From the NCBI GenBank assembly GCA_965372715.1, contig CBDVDH010000007.1, forward strand, positions 18,580-82,579: 64,000 nt of DNA. Direction: 5' to 3'. Under the pieces are notes generated by a model. It worked only from the letters and a program-made list of their open reading frames with translations, made no database searches and was not told the origin of the DNA. Below are positions 60,994 through 64,000 of this stretch, one piece after another. The DNA comes from an uncultured bacterium (lineage in GTDB: Bacteria; B130-G9). Position 1 is the stretch's first letter. Each line of letters begins with the position of its first letter. Made by a program: the position numbers and the translations under genes.

Positions 60994-61580
60994 TTTCCAG
61001 CTTGCGAGAGTATCTGCCTCAAGAGCTCTGGCCTTCCCATGCCGGTCTTTGATGAGAAGAGTATCACCTGCGAGCCCTGCACACCGTCAATCGCGCCGGT
61101 TATCCACTCGACAGCAGCCTTGTGCTTCGAGCGGGTGATCCTGTCGGCCTTAGTTGCGACCACGACGAACCTCACCCCGTGCGCGATCAGCCATTGCCAT
61201 AGCGACACATCTGACGTTTCAGGCGGCCGTCGGCAATCGACAAGCAAGACGCAGAGCGAGGCTCGACCGGAGGATAGATAGGCCTCAACCAGCGGGGCCA
61301 GCCTTGCCTGAATGGCCTTCGGTGCTTTTGAATAGCCGTATCCAGGGAGATCGACGAAGCAGATGGTATCGTTGACGTTGTAGAAATTGATGCATCTCGT
61401 CCTTCCGGGGCTTGCGCTGGACTGCGCGAGTCGCTTTCTCCGGACGAGGCAGTTGATCAATGAGGACTTGCCCACATTTGACCTTCCGGCGAACGCGACC
61501 TCCGGAAGACTCTGTTCAGGCAGCCATTCCAACGAGTGGGAGCTCCCAACGAATTGAACCGAGCTAATCCGCATGGTCAC
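60990..61580 (-). CDS. engB: ribosome biogenesis GTP-binding protein YihA/YsxC
   Basis: FAGRSNVGKSSLINCL, DLPGYGY and TKADR. 4-nt overlap with rsmB. Confidence 0.9.
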   Translation of the reverse strand: MTMRISSVQFVGSSHSLEWLPEQSLPEVAFAGRSNVGKSSLINCLVRRKRLAQSSASPGRTRCINFYNVNDTICFVDLPGYGYSKAPKAIQARLAPLVEAYLSSGRASLCVLLVDCRRPPETSDVSLWQWLIAHGVRFVVVATKADRITRSKHKAAVEWITGAIDGVQGSQVILFSSKTGMGRPELLRQILSQAGK

Positions 61581-61695
61581 ACAAATAGGTCAATCCAGCA
61601 CATAGAGCTGGTCGCCAATCACGAAATGAATCGGCAGAGGCTGCCGTGCAAGCCAACAACCTCTGCCGCCGATAATCCTGAAATCTGTGCAGCTG

Positions 61696-63999
61696 CTAAT
61701 CGAGCGTCTGGCCCAGACTCTTCTGCGCCTCAACCAGACAGCCATTGCCGTTGGATGAGTTGTAGAGAAGCGCCCAGGCGATGAGAGGCAATGGGGCCAC
61801 GGCCTCTGATGTAATGGTCAGACAACCGTAACCGACGCTGTCCGCGTCGCTGGCACGCACCTCGACGAAGCCGCCCGGAATCACCTCAAATGGGAACTCG
61901 CCAACAAGGAGACCGTGCCGGTCCTTGAGGGATATCTTACCGGGCACGTTCACCTGGTTCGGGTTTCGGACCCAAATGAACGTCTCCTGATACCGCAGCC
62001 CATCGAACTCCCAATATGGGATATAAATGGGTGGCGTGTAGCTTCTCGACGCCGGGACAGGATAGAACTGCGACCTCTTGGCGTTCAGCCAGACAGCAAA
62101 TACGCCGATCTCATCGTCGTCAGCCCAAATCGCACGAGCCCAGCCACTTTCCCCGGCCATCGTGCATCTGCTCGCCTGAATGACACTCATACCGCCTGCC
62201 GATACCGATGTGAGGTCTGCGCCCCGAATCATACCCATATCATTGTAGAAGCTTATCTGGGGAGCGGCTAAGGTGTCACCGAGGTTTGAGAACACTATGT
62301 ATGTGTCGAGGTTGAAGAGCGGTTGGTTTCTCCAGGTCGGCACGAAGTAGGGTGACAGCTCGGCGTTTTCGAGAACGGGCAGCTCGAATCCGCCGCCCCT
62401 GACCCTGTTGAGCATAACGGCCCATACCCGGAGCGGATCGCTGAAGACCATCCTTGCCGAGCCGATGTTTGTGTCCAGAACCGTCTCTGACAGCAGCAGT
62501 GCCCTGGTTCCAGAGGGAGCCATGTTGGCGTGTATTGTGTCAATCTCGGCGCCAAACTCATCAAAGAGGATGATCTCAGCGCTCACGTCGCGGTCGTGCT
62601 GGTTGGCCAGGGCGATAAACGTGTCGAAAGTGACCTCGTTCCCGCCGCCGGGTGAATTGTCCCTAATAACCTGCCAGAATGGCATCTGAAGCGGCCCTGG
62701 CCTCGCGCCGGCCAGGTCCAGGGATATGGTCGGACCAACATCTACCTTGCCCCAGACGACAAGACTGCCATTCCTCCAGCTGATGTAGCCTGTTCCGGAG
62801 TCGGAGCCGGTTACACCCGGGACCTCAGATATCTTCAGCACCTTTGTCTCTTTTCCAGCTACCGGCACCAGATACCGCTCTATCGGCTGGCCATTGTATC
62901 TCGAAAGCACCACTTCCACACCAACAGGGTCCGGGCCAATGTTGGTCATCACTATACTGGTCTCGAAGTTTGGTGATATGTTCTTCTCAACGAGCCAGAA
63001 TGGGATGGCGGCCTCGTCTCCGTGCTTGATCACGGGGCCGATGAGGTAGCCGGTTTCGGGAACTCTCGCTGTTCCTCCGTAGCCGTCATTCGCAAAGAAG
63101 TAGTAATGGTGCTCGCCAGTCGATAGCGTTCCAGGTGATGCAGTGTAAGCGTATGTTCCGTCGTAGTCTTCTCCAGAGGTGAGCCACATCCGGCGCTCTT
63201 GGCCGTCCAACCATACGGACATGAGATGCGGCGCATCTCCCTGTTCATCGAAGTAATCAACTGAGAACACGTATCTTTCGAGGAAGCCGCCCCGCTCTGG
63301 GTCAACCGCTGGATTGCTCAGAATGGGAGGGATGTTGGTCTTGCGGACGTAGGGACCCTCGAACTCATCCCCGGGCGTTCCCGGCATTCTCGTCTCGGCG
63401 CCCAGGCTGTCCGTGGCGTAGAACCAATACGAGTGGAGTCCCTCGAAAAGGCCCACAACTGGCACACCGTAAACACCGTTCTCAGGTGTCCCGGACAAAA
63501 GCTCCATCTCGTAAAGCTCCCCATCGAGATAAAGATGCGTCTGCCCAGCTGGATTGGCGTTGATGTCTGAATACCTGGCGCTGAACATAAACTCGGTGGT
63601 CGCGGTGCCGGACGCGGGGTCCACCATCCCGTCGGTCAGAACAGGGCGCGTGTTGGTCCCGGTAACGTTCGGGCCAGATATCTCGCCCCTGATCGGGAGT
63701 CGACCTGCGCCGCCCGTCTCATCGATAAAGCTGAAGTAGAAGCTGTGGCTGCCCAACGCGAGATCAGATATCCTGCAATAATAAGTGGCGCCGCTCGCGA
63801 AATTTGTCAAGGCCGGTACCGTCGTACTCTCGCCCTCGTCAGTCACGCCCTCCAGGAACGTCATCTCGTGTGGAGAGCTATCGACAACGACCGTCTTGTT
63901 GATCGGCATATAGTCGTGAGGACTGGTATAACGCACGGTGAACGTAACCGGGGTCTCGACCAGCGGGTTCCTGGGCGAAACGATGCCGTCTGAGAGCAT
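61696..63999 (-). CDS. large hypothetical (probably extracellular) protein, N-terminus beyond the window end
   Basis: More than 767 aa of open frame running off the window. Ser/Gly/Thr-rich with repeated YxxxxxGxxxF segments. No catalytic motifs recognised. Confidence 0.5.
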   Translation of the reverse strand: MLSDGIVSPRNPLVETPVTFTVRYTSPHDYMPINKTVVVDSSPHEMTFLEGVTDEGESTTVPALTNFASGATYYCRISDLALGSHSFYFSFIDETGGAGRLPIRGEISGPNVTGTNTRPVLTDGMVDPASGTATTEFMFSARYSDINANPAGQTHLYLDGELYEMELLSGTPENGVYGVPVVGLFEGLHSYWFYATDSLGAETRMPGTPGDEFEGPYVRKTNIPPILSNPAVDPERGGFLERYVFSVDYFDEQGDAPHLMSVWLDGQERRMWLTSGEDYDGTYAYTASPGTLSTGEHHYYFFANDGYGGTARVPETGYLIGPVIKHGDEAAIPFWLVEKNISPNFETSIVMTNIGPDPVGVEVVLSRYNGQPIERYLVPVAGKETKVLKISEVPGVTGSDSGTGYISWRNGSLVVWGKVDVGPTISLDLAGARPGPLQMPFWQVIRDNSPGGGNEVTFDTFIALANQHDRDVSAEIILFDEFGAEIDTIHANMAPSGTRALLLSETVLDTNIGSARMVFSDPLRVWAVMLNRVRGGGFELPVLENAELSPYFVPTWRNQPLFNLDTYIVFSNLGDTLAAPQISFYNDMGMIRGADLTSVSAGGMSVIQASRCTMAGESGWARAIWADDDEIGVFAVWLNAKRSQFYPVPASRSYTPPIYIPYWEFDGLRYQETFIWVRNPNQVNVPGKISLKDRHGLLVGEFPFEVIPGGFVEVRASDADSVGYGCLTITSEAVAPLPLIAWALLYNSSNGNGCLVEAQKSLGQTLD

Positions 64000-64000
64000 A

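Overview
This is a high-GC (~60%) bacterial chromosomal segment of uncertain phylum. It is mostly housekeeping genes: rimP-nusA-infB, xseA, pyrD, der, ligA, era, ftsK, rsmB, engB, a cysteine desulfurase and a CoA-disulfide-reductase-like oxidoreductase. Several accessory islands are interleaved.

The most striking feature is a 1407-aa single-chain STAND protein at 16308-20531 on the minus strand. It has an N-terminal NACHT-type P-loop NTPase, about 18 near-identical 31-aa PBS-lyase HEAT repeats (a ~1.7-kb tandem array of 93-bp units in the DNA), and a C-terminal calcineurin-like metallophosphoesterase. It sits in an island rich in toxin-antitoxin pairs (HicAB, RhuM, DUF2281-PIN-DUF2283) between der and ligA. 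I could not match it to any described defence or signalling family.

Other candidates are:
- a PARIS-like two-gene module, an ABC/AAA_21-type ATPase plus a DUF4435-like partner (57616-59506);
- a DUF3800 gene with a small partner;
- a DUF4062 (TIR-like) gene next to a PRiA4_ORF3 gene that is bracketed by a perfect 34-bp direct repeat, which duplicates the 3' end of a flippase-like gene and looks like an insertion footprint;
- a textbook NifA-type enhancer (two TGT-N10-ACA palindromes) plus a sigma-54 promoter (TGGCACG-N4-CTGCT) driving a ~190-nt ORF-less, hairpin-rich transcript that ends at an intrinsic terminator, a candidate bEBP/sigma-54-dependent sRNA;
- a beta-class DNA methyltransferase with no restriction partner, followed by a GxxExxY gene flanked by inverted TAATCTGYG repeats;
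- a 520-bp highly structured intergenic region with nested palindromes;
- two degenerate four-helix-bundle (Avd-like) genes, one with an in-frame TAA;
- a GGATGAA-rich repeat family delimiting the HicAB/RhuM island;
- a cell-envelope glycolipid cluster (DPPR-synthase-like UbiA, HAD, GT4, PilM-like, ABC-2 exporter);
- a B12-radical-SAM plus FAD-oxidoreductase pair;
- a 1237-aa duplicated beta-helix exoprotein.

I found no rRNA, tRNA or CRISPR array. My hand indexing may be off by 1-2 nt in places. CDS ends follow the supplied ORF track; start codons marked as re-assigned are hand-indexed and carry the same ±1-2 nt uncertainty.
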